This document shows, piece after piece, positions 1 through 9,519 of a stretch of 64,000 bases of DNA (position 1 is its first letter; every line of letters starts with the position of its first letter). The translations under genes were made by a program, and so were the position numbers. The notes below the pieces were generated by a model. That model searched no databases and had not been told where the DNA came from. It worked only from the letters and a program-made list of their open reading frames with translations. The DNA is from a bacterium (GTDB lineage: Bacteria; Hinthialibacterota; Hinthialibacteria; Hinthialibacterales; Hinthialibacteraceae): contig CAXXMV010000002.1 of the NCBI GenBank assembly GCA_963662285.2, positions 1,280,001-1,344,000 of the forward strand. Direction: 5' to 3'.

Positions 1-818
1 GAGTTCTTGAAGCGGTCTTCGGGCCATACCGGTTTATGCGGCGCGGTCAGCGGGAAATAGAGGAAGAATGGATTGCTCCTAGGAGCGCTGCGCTCGATAT
101 AATCAACCGCCTTTCCTGTCAGTGTATCCAAAACCTTACCCGGATCGAAATCCTTGGCTTTGGGGCCTTGGCGCACGTACTTGGGGAAATCTAATTTCTC
201 TTGAGTCTCGGTGACTGGCTGCACCAGTTCATGGTTGTGCAGGAATGTATAGGGAATCATATCCAGAGATGCGGCCACTCCGAAATACTCATCGAAGCCG
301 ACGTCGGTCGGACCATGGTTAATCGGTTTATTGAAATCGACCTCGCCTTGCGCGTCACGTCCCCATCCAATGCCCAGATGCCACTTGCCGATGCAGGCGG
401 TATTGTAACTGTATTTTTTCAACATACCCGCCACTGTCAAACGCTTATTTTCGATCAGCGGCTCGTCATTGGGAGGGAAGAGTACGCCGCTCTTCAACCG
501 TGAGCGCCAGCAGTAGCGTCCGGTCAACAGACCATAGCGGGTGGGAGTGCAAACCGCTGAACCTGAATGGGCATCGGTGAATTGGATACCCTGCTTGACC
601 AGAAGATTGAGGTTTGGCGTGGGTACTTTAGATTTTGGATTGTAGGCCTGGATATCGCCATACCCCATATCATCCGCCAGGATAAAGACGATATTGGGCA
701 ACGATTTCGGTTTCCACCCACCAGCCGTCTTGCATTGCGGCCCGGAGCATCCAGCAACGCTCACCGCGCCCAGCGATAACATAAGATTCTGTAAAAAATT
801 CCGCCGCTCCATAATCAT
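1..818 (-). CDS. Arylsulfatase family protein, Tat-exported (3' end runs off window)
   Basis: Not in ORF track. Manual translation from ATG 818: MIMERRNFLQ (twin-Arg), PNIVFILADDMGYGD, FTDAHSGSAVCTPTRYGLLTGRY (CxPxR formylglycine motif), GKWHLG. Confidence 0.93.
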   Translation of the reverse strand, partial: MIMERRNFLQNLMLSLGAVSVAGCSGPQCKTAGGWKPKSLPNIVFILADDMGYGDIQAYNPKSKVPTPNLNLLVKQGIQFTDAHSGSAVCTPTRYGLLTGRYCWRSRLKSGVLFPPNDEPLIENKRLTVAGMLKKYSYNTACIGKWHLGIGWGRDAQGEVDFNKPINHGPTDVGFDEYFGVAASLDMIPYTFLHNHELVQPVTETQEKLDFPKYVRQGPKAKDFDPGKVLDTLTGKAVDYIERSAPRSNPFFLYFPLTAPHKPVWPEDRFKN

Positions 819-959
819 TCTTCCCTTTCTACGATCATATCACTTGTCATATATATGGATTTGGACAGAAACATTATGGCATAGAATTGGCGGTTTGTTG
901 GGTGGAATCTAAAAAAAAAGGTTTTAACTATATCAAAAATAAAAAAAAGAATTTTTTTC

Positions 960-999
960 TTGACACCTACTACGATTTGTTGTACTACTATATGTAGTA
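960..999 (+). promoter_or_regulatory. sigma70 promoter overlapped by two BlaI-type operators (TACTAC-N5-GTWGTA)
   Basis: TTGACA at 960-965, then 17 bp, then TACTAC. Inverted repeats TACTAC-GATTT-GTTGTA (968-984) and TACTAC-TATAT-GTAGTA (983-999) directly upstream of a blaI-family gene. Confidence 0.75.
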
Positions 1000-1010
1000 T
1001 ATAGGGAAGG

Positions 1011-1412
1011 ATGGGTTGTGACATGACTAGAAAAGGTTTTGATGATCTCAGTGACATGCAAAAAGAAGTGTTGGATATCTTGTGGAATTTAGAGGAGGCT
1101 ACTGTTCACGATGTAATCGCCAAACTAAATCGAAAGAAAGCGCCAGCCTATACAACCGTTCTCACAGTCTTGCAACGATTGGAGAAAATTGGCTGGTTGA
1201 AACACCGTATCGAAGGGAAATCTAATGTGTATCATCCTACCCGGGCCCGTGAACAAGAAGCCTCCCGTTCTATCAAGCGCCTGGTAAACCAGATTTTTCA
1301 TGGCGATTCCAGTTTGCTATTTCAGCATCTTATTGAAGAAGAACTCAGCAGTAACCAACTCGATAATCTACGCAAGATGATCGACAAAAAACGCAAGGGA
1401 GATGAAAAATGA
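1011..1412 (+). CDS. BlaI/MecI/CopY family transcriptional repressor
   Basis: LSDMQKEVLDILW...AYTTVLTVLQRLEKIGWL winged HTH; overlaps next gene by ATGA. Start may be 1023. Confidence 0.92.
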   Translation: MGCDMTRKGFDDLSDMQKEVLDILWNLEEATVHDVIAKLNRKKAPAYTTVLTVLQRLEKIGWLKHRIEGKSNVYHPTRAREQEASRSIKRLVNQIFHGDSSLLFQHLIEEELSSNQLDNLRKMIDKKRKGDEK

Positions 1413-4033
1413 GTATGGAATTGTTAGGCAATAACATCATTGGAGATATTATAATCCGCTCATCACTGTTCCTTATAGCAGGATTGGCAATAAGCTGGCT
1501 TTACATGCGCAGGCCTTCTCAGGCGCACCGGATATTGCTTTTGACTTTGCTGGCCGCTCTATTGTTTCCCATTATTCAGTCAATTGCCTGGTTGACGCCC
1601 TTGCAAAATTATGTCACCGCGGTTGAAATCCCGACTCCAAAACTGGAAATCCAATGGAACGCTGACAAAGCGGTGTCGCCGAACCAGTTTGCGATCAACC
1701 AACTTCCCCAATCGACGCAAAAATCCAATTCTATGCCTAGTCTTAATAATCCGTGGAAAAGCGCTTCGATAAATACACATGACGTTATTCCAAGCAGTAC
1801 TCCACAATATTTTTCTACCTTTTTCTGGGTCATAGTGATTTGGGGATTGCTTTCACTCTTTGTCAGCATACGCGCCATAGCGGCGTTGGTGCATTCACTC
1901 AAAATTTTCAAATCACTAGTCCCGATGCATTCAGTGGAAATCGAATCGGCTTCCAGGAGAGCGTTAAAACAATTAGGGTTATCGAATACGCCCTGTTTTT
2001 ATCAGTCCAATGTCATACGTTGTCCCGTAATCCTCTGTTGGAGAAAAATTCCACAGGTTGTCTTTCCTACGGCTATGCTGGAAGATGGCAAAACTCACGA
2101 TTGGTATGGAGTGCTGCTGCATGAATACGCCCATTTGAAGCGCGGCGATCATCTGGCGGAACTCATTGCGCTGCTCACCACAATAGCGTTTCCCTGGAAT
2201 CCTTTGGTCTGGTGGGTCAAAAACCGGCTTGGTTGTTATAGCGAACAATCCTGCGATGATTGGGCCTTGGCTAACGGCAGTGATTCAGCCGAATACGCTG
2301 AGACGTTGCTTAATCTTTTTCCGCAGCCCAAACATGCTTTTTCACTTCCTGCGGTAGGGCATCGTAATAATATTGAACGCCGCATTGTGCGTATTCTCGA
2401 ATCCACCTCTCCTTCACCTTTTCTAAACTTACGGTGGTCGCTTTCGACCGTTTCGCTGACTATGGTTTTGCTTGTAGTTTGTTCTCTCTTTCAACCCATA
2501 TACGCCAGCATCACCAGCGGTAATTCGACTTTCGATTATTCTGCGTGGGAATACCTCCAACTGACAGACGCTCCTCCGGTGCTCATGCCTATGGTGATCA
2601 ACCTGGTTGAATCGACGGCGCCTGATGTAAAAGATAGCGGGGTGTGGAACGGAAGCCCCCAATCAACCAAATTACAACTCAATATCCAAACCGAGGAAGA
2701 TAAGTTGAAAGGCGACATCATCGTAGGATTTTTCGATTCGGTAGACAGAATTAACCCGCCGCTGCACGTCCGCTCATTCTCACAAGCGGGAAGCCATATT
2801 CTTAACGATATCCCTGCTGGAGAATATCACATTGGCGCAATGATCTATCAAGCCAATGATTTGTTTGAGAATGACTGGTATGAAAATCCTTCCGCCATTG
2901 GCGTTATAAATAATTGGCCCAATCCGCTTCGAATACAAAGCGATGTTGCTTTGAATGTCGACCTTCATTTGTCATCGGAAATGTATGAGCGGCATCGAAG
3001 TACGAATGTTGGAGTTACAATAGACGACTATTTCAATAGCCGACGCATGAAAACTGAAGAAAGCGTGAATCCGCTGGTTATGATTCAAACCGTGGATAGT
3101 CAGGGCGCCCCGGTTCCCTATTGCAGCGTTGTTTTTACCAGCAAGGATGAAGAGGGCAATAACCGTTTTTTTTATAAAGTTCTTACAGACCGTCTGGGTT
3201 TCGGCTATACCACCAAACTTGATTCATATTATGCGGTCAGCGCCCAACGTTACATTATGATATATGAACAGATGATTGATTTATATCAATATCGAAGCGA
3301 CAGCCGGGTTTATAAGGTGGGAGAAGATAATGTAATTCAATTCGTGTGGGAACCGTTTCCTGAAGGGGAAGGGCGAATTGAAGGAAATGTTTTTGATCAG
3401 CATGATGATCCATTGGATGGATACTATATCACATTGAAGCAGGAAAAAGGCGAACGTTTGAATGAAAAGGTGGATTATCTCTATATGCATGTCCACATTC
3501 CGGTTGCTAATCCCAGCGGGAAATTTGAGATTGCCGGATTGCCGTTGGGGCATTATTACGGACTGGTGCGGGCGCTTGATTATCCCCTTTATGTTTGTGA
3601 TGCTCCTGAGCAGATATTCCCGGAATTCGACCTGGTTGCCAATGAACCATTTTCACTGAATGTCGAAGTGGAAAAGAAGCAAGCCTATTATGGAAGAATG
3701 CTTTACCCGAATGGCGAACCATTGTCTGGTGGATCATATTGCGTGTGGTTCAGGAAATACTCGCAAGAAGAAATGAACGAACATGGCAACTTTTTTCCAG
3801 GTGAATTATTCTCCCAACACTTGAATAATGATGGCTCATTTCGCGTGGCGCTTTCAGGAACAGAACTGGCTAAAGTGAACCAGAACTTTAATGGAAAAAT
3901 TGAAATCAAAGATCAAAATGATAATTTATTCGAGGTCGCGTTGAACGATCTTTCGCGGGATGCGGAAAACCCTGCGGATATTGTTTTCCTTAATGCCAGC
4001 ATGGTTGAAGAGCCTACAAGTCTGCACCAATGA
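1409..4033 (+). CDS. BlaR1/MecR1-type M56 metallopeptidase signal transducer with large non-PBP C-terminal region
   Basis: N-terminal TM helices, HEYAHLKRGD (HExxH), PWNPLVWW, EQSCDDWA; then a TM helix and ~500 aa beta-rich region (GRIEGNVFDQHDDPL-type Ig-like repeats). Confidence 0.88.
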   Translation: MSMELLGNNIIGDIIIRSSLFLIAGLAISWLYMRRPSQAHRILLLTLLAALLFPIIQSIAWLTPLQNYVTAVEIPTPKLEIQWNADKAVSPNQFAINQLPQSTQKSNSMPSLNNPWKSASINTHDVIPSSTPQYFSTFFWVIVIWGLLSLFVSIRAIAALVHSLKIFKSLVPMHSVEIESASRRALKQLGLSNTPCFYQSNVIRCPVILCWRKIPQVVFPTAMLEDGKTHDWYGVLLHEYAHLKRGDHLAELIALLTTIAFPWNPLVWWVKNRLGCYSEQSCDDWALANGSDSAEYAETLLNLFPQPKHAFSLPAVGHRNNIERRIVRILESTSPSPFLNLRWSLSTVSLTMVLLVVCSLFQPIYASITSGNSTFDYSAWEYLQLTDAPPVLMPMVINLVESTAPDVKDSGVWNGSPQSTKLQLNIQTEEDKLKGDIIVGFFDSVDRINPPLHVRSFSQAGSHILNDIPAGEYHIGAMIYQANDLFENDWYENPSAIGVINNWPNPLRIQSDVALNVDLHLSSEMYERHRSTNVGVTIDDYFNSRRMKTEESVNPLVMIQTVDSQGAPVPYCSVVFTSKDEEGNNRFFYKVLTDRLGFGYTTKLDSYYAVSAQRYIMIYEQMIDLYQYRSDSRVYKVGEDNVIQFVWEPFPEGEGRIEGNVFDQHDDPLDGYYITLKQEKGERLNEKVDYLYMHVHIPVANPSGKFEIAGLPLGHYYGLVRALDYPLYVCDAPEQIFPEFDLVANEPFSLNVEVEKKQAYYGRMLYPNGEPLSGGSYCVWFRKYSQEEMNEHGNFFPGELFSQHLNNDGSFRVALSGTELAKVNQNFNGKIEIKDQNDNLFEVALNDLSRDAENPADIVFLNASMVEEPTSLHQ

Positions 4034-4050
4034 TTTAACGGGGGAAACGT

Positions 4051-4668
4051 ATGAATCGTTTTGCCTTTACTTTGGTTGAGTTGCTAATTGTAGTCGCCAT
4101 TATCTCTATACTGTTGGCAATAGCGATCCCTGCTTATCGCAATGCAGTGGTTAATACTAAACTTGCCCGCGCCAAAGCAGATATGGAGGCCATTCACAAA
4201 GCTGTAACTATGGAATTTTTAGACGATCCTCAAAGAAAAAAAGTCGACAGGGGGCCATATTGCGGTATTTATAAATCTTTAACCTCACCCATTCCATATT
4301 TAACCAGTGTGGATCAAGCCTTTGATGTCTTCGGGAAGAAAAAACTGAAACAATACATTGATAATCCTTTTGAAGAGGCGCTTACAGATAATCTATGCTA
4401 CCAATTCTACTGGGGATTATTTGGAATAACGAAGATGAATCTCACGCCGCCCGATAATAATATTCAATGGATCCAGTACAGGATTGCCCTGGGGCCGGAT
4501 GAAATTTGGCGGCGTGGAATAGTAGGAGATATAGACCGTGTCCCTTATATGTTTTACTATCGCGGCGATGCTTATGATCCCAGCAATGGGATCATATCCC
4601 GTGGCGATCTGATGTATACCAACTATGATTTAGACCGAATTTTTGTTGATTACGACCAATTTCCTTAG
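4051..4668 (+). CDS. Prepilin-type N-terminal cleavage/methylation protein (GspG-like), paralog 1
   Basis: MNRFA|FTLVELLIVVAII class III signal with E5; C-terminal YDPSNGIISRGDL. Confidence 0.85.
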   Translation: MNRFAFTLVELLIVVAIISILLAIAIPAYRNAVVNTKLARAKADMEAIHKAVTMEFLDDPQRKKVDRGPYCGIYKSLTSPIPYLTSVDQAFDVFGKKKLKQYIDNPFEEALTDNLCYQFYWGLFGITKMNLTPPDNNIQWIQYRIALGPDEIWRRGIVGDIDRVPYMFYYRGDAYDPSNGIISRGDLMYTNYDLDRIFVDYDQFP

Positions 4669-4673
4669 AGGGA

Positions 4674-4835
4674 TTATAGTAGTCGTATTCGTTTGATTAC
4701 ATCGGCGGCAGGCTGGACTTTACTTTGTTTGTCACCGAGGGTGAGGATTTTGAGGGGAGCCATGGTTTGCTGCATTTGCTGATAGTTTTCATCATCCTGT
4801 ATAATCACTATGGTTTCTCCTGTTTGAGTTTTAAT
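4674..4835 (-). pseudogene. Remnant of Phd/YefM antitoxin (C-terminal half only)
   Basis: Translation IKTQTGETIVIIQDDENYQQMQQTMAPLKILTLGDKQSKVQPAADVIKRIR resembles the recalled Phd/YefM pattern ITQNGEAKxVxQDxxSYxxxQETxALLKILALG...KVxPAxDV. N-terminal DNA-binding part and toxin gene are absent. Confidence 0.55.
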
Positions 4836-4841
4836 ACAAGA

Positions 4842-4873
4842 ACCGCCCGGTAGGATTTGCATCCCGCCGGGCG
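4842..4873 (-). terminator. Hairpin downstream of glycine-zipper lipoprotein gene
   Basis: cgcccgg-taggat-ttgc-atccc-gccgggcg inverted repeat just after the stop at 4900. Confidence 0.45.
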
Positions 4874-4899
4874 ATTTATATTTGGTATTGCTGGTTCGA

Positions 4900-5241
4900 T
4901 TAACGCGGGGCGGTGTTGTATTGCGGTTGTTGCTGGACAACCGGGGTGTAGCCTTTGGGCGCTGTACTCTGGGCTGCTCCTGCGTTATATCCTGCGTTGT
5001 AACCTTCCTGGCGTCCTGCTTCCTTTTGGCTGTTCAGGCCGTCGTTCAATAAGGCGCCGCCTAAAGCGCCTACTCCAGCGCCGATCAGGGTGGATTCAGT
5101 ATTGCCGCCAATCAGCTGACCTGCGATGGCGCCAGCGCCGCCGCCCCACATGGCGCCGCTCTGCGCTGCGGTGGTCTGGCATCCTGATGCTAATAATCCG
5201 ATACTTGCTACCAGCATTAAACCTTTCCAGTATTTCAACAT
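4900..5241 (-). CDS. Glycine-zipper lipoprotein (YMGG-like)
   Basis: Lipobox LASGC; GAMWGGGAGAIAGQLIGG...GAGVGALGGALL. Confidence 0.8.
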   Translation of the reverse strand: MLKYWKGLMLVASIGLLASGCQTTAAQSGAMWGGGAGAIAGQLIGGNTESTLIGAGVGALGGALLNDGLNSQKEAGRQEGYNAGYNAGAAQSTAPKGYTPVVQQQPQYNTAPR

Positions 5242-5468
5242 TGCGTAATCTCCTTTATAAATGGAAAATAATTTTAGGTCTTAATTATTACTTTTTGTTC
5301 GACGAGATATTTTAGAGAAAAATTCCCTTCTGGATTTTTCTATATAAATTTTATGTATTACGAATAATCCTGTTGGTCATATATTATATCGCTATTTAAA
5401 CGTTTTCGGCTAGAAAAAGAAACGCATGAATCGATAATGAAGATTATCCATAATTAAGGAAGAATACA

Positions 5469-6827
5469 ATGACCTTTGGATTAAATTTTAGCCTGGCTCA
5501 TATAACGGAACTGTTCGATTCGCATAAACTGTTGATTTTCTTTGTTCCCTTTCTGATATATGTGGTTAATGGACGGGAAATAAGCAGCGGCGACCCGACG
5601 CCGACCGTGTTTACTTCCATTAATCTGGTCAAAAAAGGCACAGTTTTTCTCGACGATTTGCATGATTACATTCCCTACCACAACATGCCATATTACGTGT
5701 CAGAGCAATGCGGTCATATCGTCTCCAATTATCCTGTTTTTCCGGGGGTCATGGCGGCGCCGGTTTTTGCGCCTTTCGTGTGGTTGGGGATGGTTGAGCC
5801 GGGTGATGGCGACCTGGTGTGGAATTATCTATCCAAACTGAGTGGAGCGTTCTATAGTTCACTGGCGGTGCTGGTGATGTTTTTGGCGCTTAAGTTGTTG
5901 ATTGATAAAGAGAACGCTCTGCTGTTGGCTATGGCTTATGGCTTGGGAACGGCGTTGTGGCCTATCGCCTCGCAAAGCCTGTGGCAGCATGGCCCCAGCG
6001 TATTCTGGTGGAGCGTCTGTTTTTACGCCATAATCCGCGCAGAACAATCGGATGAATCCTGCGTTATGAAGCGTTTCCTGTTTTTCGCCGGAATGGCCGC
6101 CGGATGTGCGGTTCTATGCCGTACCGTAAATGGAGTCTGCATGGCGGTGATGTGCGGAGCGATTTTGCTGCGCCATAGACGATGCGCTATGTATTTTATA
6201 GTTCCCGCCGCCGTATTAAGCGCATTGTTAATTATATATAACGTGGCGCTGTTCGACTCGTGGAAGGGCGGCGATACCGTATTACATGCGTTGCATTGGG
6301 AACTGGATCGCGTCGAGGGTGATTCTTGGTCGACGCCACTATATATCGGGTTGCCCGGACAATTAATCAGCCCCAGCCGCGGGCTGTTGATTTTCAGTCC
6401 ATTTCTGATTTTTTCGTTTATCGGGATGATTGTAATTTGGCGTAAGGAAGAATCGGTTTGGAGAACCATTGCCTTAACTATTCCCGCGCCTCTGCTGATG
6501 TTGCTGCTATTTTCAAAATACGCCGTATGGTGGGGAGGGAACTCTCATTTCGGGCCTCGTTACCAGATTGAAACCTATCCGTTTTTAATTATATATATGG
6601 CAGCGATTCTTCCTGCATTGCGAAAGCATAGATTATTCAATGTTTTATTTATTGTTTTATTAATATATTCTGTAATAGTGCAATGGGTTGGCGCGTTTTG
6701 TTATCCAGGTGGATGGACCGTTGAACCAGTAGATTTGGCTCATGATAAAGCCAGATTCTGGAGTTGGTCTTACAACCAGATATGGACCTGTTTGAAGAGC
6801 GGGATTAAGTTTCCAGGGCTTTGGTAG
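5469..6827 (+). CDS. Polytopic membrane glycosyltransferase (GT-C/ArnT-PMT-like)
   Basis: Many TM helices, SGD near N-terminus, SQSLWQH, SPSRGLLIFSP, WWGG..FGPRY motifs. Confidence 0.6.
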   Translation: MTFGLNFSLAHITELFDSHKLLIFFVPFLIYVVNGREISSGDPTPTVFTSINLVKKGTVFLDDLHDYIPYHNMPYYVSEQCGHIVSNYPVFPGVMAAPVFAPFVWLGMVEPGDGDLVWNYLSKLSGAFYSSLAVLVMFLALKLLIDKENALLLAMAYGLGTALWPIASQSLWQHGPSVFWWSVCFYAIIRAEQSDESCVMKRFLFFAGMAAGCAVLCRTVNGVCMAVMCGAILLRHRRCAMYFIVPAAVLSALLIIYNVALFDSWKGGDTVLHALHWELDRVEGDSWSTPLYIGLPGQLISPSRGLLIFSPFLIFSFIGMIVIWRKEESVWRTIALTIPAPLLMLLLFSKYAVWWGGNSHFGPRYQIETYPFLIIYMAAILPALRKHRLFNVLFIVLLIYSVIVQWVGAFCYPGGWTVEPVDLAHDKARFWSWSYNQIWTCLKSGIKFPGLW

Positions 6828-6841
6828 TAACCATGCTCAAA

Positions 6842-6955
6842 AAACATGGTTTGCATAATAAGGTTCTGATGCGTGGTTTGCACAAGCCATAAAAAATTTG
6901 GCTTGCTCAAATAACAAACGTGAAAATAAAAGAATATTTTTTGAGCACTGCTCTG
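6842..6955. mobile_element. ~110-bp MITE-like repeat, copy A
   Basis: tggtttgcataataaggttctgat...tttttgagcactgctct; similar to copies at 7190 and 38575. Confidence 0.55.
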
Positions 6956-7189
6956 ACAAGAAAATCATTAAAAAAATAAATAGGTGCAAATTTGCACATA
7001 CACTTGACTCCATGTATAATTATTGTTTATTATAGCAACAGGCTAAAACAATAATTATTTCATTTAACCGATTACATTTATAAGATTTAATGCATCTATT
7101 TAAACAATTATAGGTGCTTATAATTTCTGCTTTGCGCTACATAAGATTAATGATAACTGTAGATTAACACTTATTTTTGATCAATTAGT

Positions 7190-7295
7190 TAGGGTGGTTT
7201 GCATAATAAAGTTCTGATTCGCGATTTGGAAAAGCTGGGCTTTTCCGGATAAAAAAAGGCGATTATAAACGGACAAATTTTTGAGAACCGCTCCA
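7190..7295. mobile_element. ~110-bp MITE-like repeat, copy B
   Basis: tagggtggtttgcataataaagttctgattcg...tttttgagaaccgctcca; imperfect terminal inverted repeats. Confidence 0.6.
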
Positions 7296-7330
7296 GTATC
7301 CCATGAGTTGATTCCATAGGGAGTAATGAA

Positions 7331-7705
7331 ATGTCTAGACGCCGTGCGAAAATACTATCAGAACGAGAGCTGGAAGTAATGAACGCAGTTTGGACGTTGG
7401 GACGAGCGTCTGTAAAAGAAATCCGTTCAGAAATGGGAGGAGAAAAAGCCGGGGCCTATACATCAATAGCGACGATGCTTAAATTTCTGGAAAGCAAGGG
7501 CGTTCTGCGGCATGAACAAGAAGGACGAACTTTTTATTATATCTCATGCACCAGTAAGGAATACGAACAAAACAAAGCGATTCGCTATATATTGACCAAT
7601 TATTTTGGAGGTAATGTGAGCCGCATGATTAGGACTCTTAATTCTTCCATAGATTTAACCAGGGATGAACGTATAACCGTTGCTAAAGTAATGATGACCG
7701 AATAG
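7331..7705 (+). CDS. BlaI/MecI/CopY family regulator (orphan, no adjacent M56 gene)
   Basis: LSERELEVMNAVW...AYTSIATMLKFLESKG...YFGG. Confidence 0.88.
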   Translation: MSRRRAKILSERELEVMNAVWTLGRASVKEIRSEMGGEKAGAYTSIATMLKFLESKGVLRHEQEGRTFYYISCTSKEYEQNKAIRYILTNYFGGNVSRMIRTLNSSIDLTRDERITVAKVMMTE

Positions 7706-7801
7706 TTATTGGAATTTTCCCACCTTCCCACATTTGGCTTTAGGCCATCTCCGTGTACAATAGCGCTTGTATCTTTCTATTAATAATTATGGAGAAAATG
7801 C

Positions 7802-8815
7802 ATGAAACGCATTTTTTTGCTGCTATTCACAGTAACTTCGCTGATTTCCATTTCAAACGCAATTGTTCTGGAAACTATTGACGCCACTATTAATGATGAG
7901 CTGGTTTTATCTGGTGAGGTTGACTCTCAGATAATGATGATTGCTGGAGAACAGAAACTATTTGTTCAAGAAGGCGGTCGCTATGTTCTGCCCAATGAGG
8001 TTTTCCAACAACTCCGCCCCCAGGTTCTGCAAAAAATCATTGACGAAATTCTGTTAATGCAGGTGGTTAGAGAGCGATTAACCGAAGAGGAGTTTGATAA
8101 CCTTAGAGATAGGTGTCTACGACAAACCGATATTGAAATGCTTAATTTTCAAAGTCAATTTAATACTCCGGCGAAAATAACTCAAAAAGAAAAAGAAATG
8201 CGCATGTCGTGGGAAGAATATCGCCAAGCCATATATAAACAAAAATTCGCATATTCAATTCAAGAAGTTATTCTATCTCAATTGTCAAATCTTAAAGCAG
8301 ATCCTCCTACCCAGCAGGAACTTGCGCAATATTCTATCGATTATCCCGGCAATCCTCCGACAAATCAAATTACGATTCAAGATATTCAGTTGAATTTTCC
8401 ACCCAATGCATCCGCTGAAGATAAAGAAGAAATCAGGAAAAAAGCGGAAGAAATTGTGCTTCAAGCTCGAGGCGGCGATCCTTTTGACACGCTGGTCAGA
8501 CTATTTTCACAAAATGAAAATTCCCGGAAGAATTTTGGCGAAATACCGCCCTTCGCCAAAGGCTCACTGCTTCCAGAATTTGATGTACTTTTCGATTATA
8601 AAATAGGAGAGATATCTAATCCGATTTATACGGCCAATGCATACCATATAGCCAAGGTAATCCATATAGACTCTTTGGAATCACGTGTAATGCAGATAAA
8701 GAAAAAGCGTAAATTGAACGAGTTGTTGACTAAAATGCGCGAGACGGCGGATATCGTGATTCGGGACAGGAAATACGCAAGTCGAATTATCCCAATTTCC
8801 AACAACAGCAAATAA
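7802..8815 (+). CDS. SurA-like periplasmic chaperone / parvulin PPIase
   Basis: Signal peptide, ATINDELVLSGEV SurA N-domain, ARGGDPFDTLVRLFS...GEI parvulin domain. Confidence 0.72.
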   Translation: MKRIFLLLFTVTSLISISNAIVLETIDATINDELVLSGEVDSQIMMIAGEQKLFVQEGGRYVLPNEVFQQLRPQVLQKIIDEILLMQVVRERLTEEEFDNLRDRCLRQTDIEMLNFQSQFNTPAKITQKEKEMRMSWEEYRQAIYKQKFAYSIQEVILSQLSNLKADPPTQQELAQYSIDYPGNPPTNQITIQDIQLNFPPNASAEDKEEIRKKAEEIVLQARGGDPFDTLVRLFSQNENSRKNFGEIPPFAKGSLLPEFDVLFDYKIGEISNPIYTANAYHIAKVIHIDSLESRVMQIKKKRKLNELLTKMRETADIVIRDRKYASRIIPISNNSK

Positions 8816-8900
8816 CTGATAGTGCGTTAAGGTTGTTCGACATAATGAGTTAGTCAGAGTATTGGCATATCAACTGTTATACTGTTAAAAATTATTTAAT

Positions 8901-8929
8901 AAAAAAAGCCTGTATTTGCAGGCTTTTTT
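8901..8929. terminator. Bidirectional intrinsic terminator
   Basis: aaaaaaagcctg-tatttg-caggctttttt between convergent genes. Confidence 0.8.
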
Positions 8930-8960
8930 GCGAATAATAATGTTTTTTTAAACAGATTTT

Positions 8961-9320
8961 CTAACTGATTATTTCCATGCGGTTTAACTCGGATTTCAGA
9001 TCGAATCCAACATCGAAATCATCGATACTGTCTTCATCGGTCTTTTTTACTTCGCCCATTTCGACCAGGTTAAAAACGATATTGCCGAAATCCCGTGAGG
9101 ATTCAACGCCCCATTCCTTGAAAACCAAGTATGCCATTTCACCATAACGTTTTTTTCCTAAACGAGCGATGCCAATCAATAATTCATGACCTGAAATATG
9201 GCGCGGCTTTTTGAAATAGCATTGAGTATAACGAAGCGCCTCGAGAACGAAAAAATAGACATTGGGATGATAGTGGGTATCTGATTGCGAAATCCACTCC
9301 AATAGGTGTTTTTCATTCAT
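8961..9320 (-). CDS. Minf_1886 family protein (PVC-associated)
   Basis: YFFVLEAL..T...RHISGHELL...YGEMAYLVFKEWGV.SSRDFGNIVFNLVE...DSIDDF pattern. Confidence 0.8.
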   Translation of the reverse strand: MNEKHLLEWISQSDTHYHPNVYFFVLEALRYTQCYFKKPRHISGHELLIGIARLGKKRYGEMAYLVFKEWGVESSRDFGNIVFNLVEMGEVKKTDEDSIDDFDVGFDLKSELNRMEIIS

Positions 9321-9519
9321 AGTACACATCCCTTTCAATCAAAAAAGAACTATATAAGTATCTGATGTTTTACATAAATTATACTTTCAAATATCCAAAC
9401 TAACAACAGATGTTATTATGAAAGAAGATTAATGTTATTCGTAAATCCTTGAATAGGCGTTTCCGCTCCCGCTACAATATATATAATGAAAACAGTAATC
9501 CAGTTTCCAGAGGTGTTTA

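Noticed and set aside
201-912. Short ORFs of the ORF track over the window start
   Set aside because: Shadows of the minus-strand sulfatase, which the track missed because its stop is outside the window.
6984-6997. Perfect palindrome gtgcaaatttgcac upstream of the second blaI
   Set aside because: Single occurrence that does not match BlaI-type boxes; cannot be assigned.
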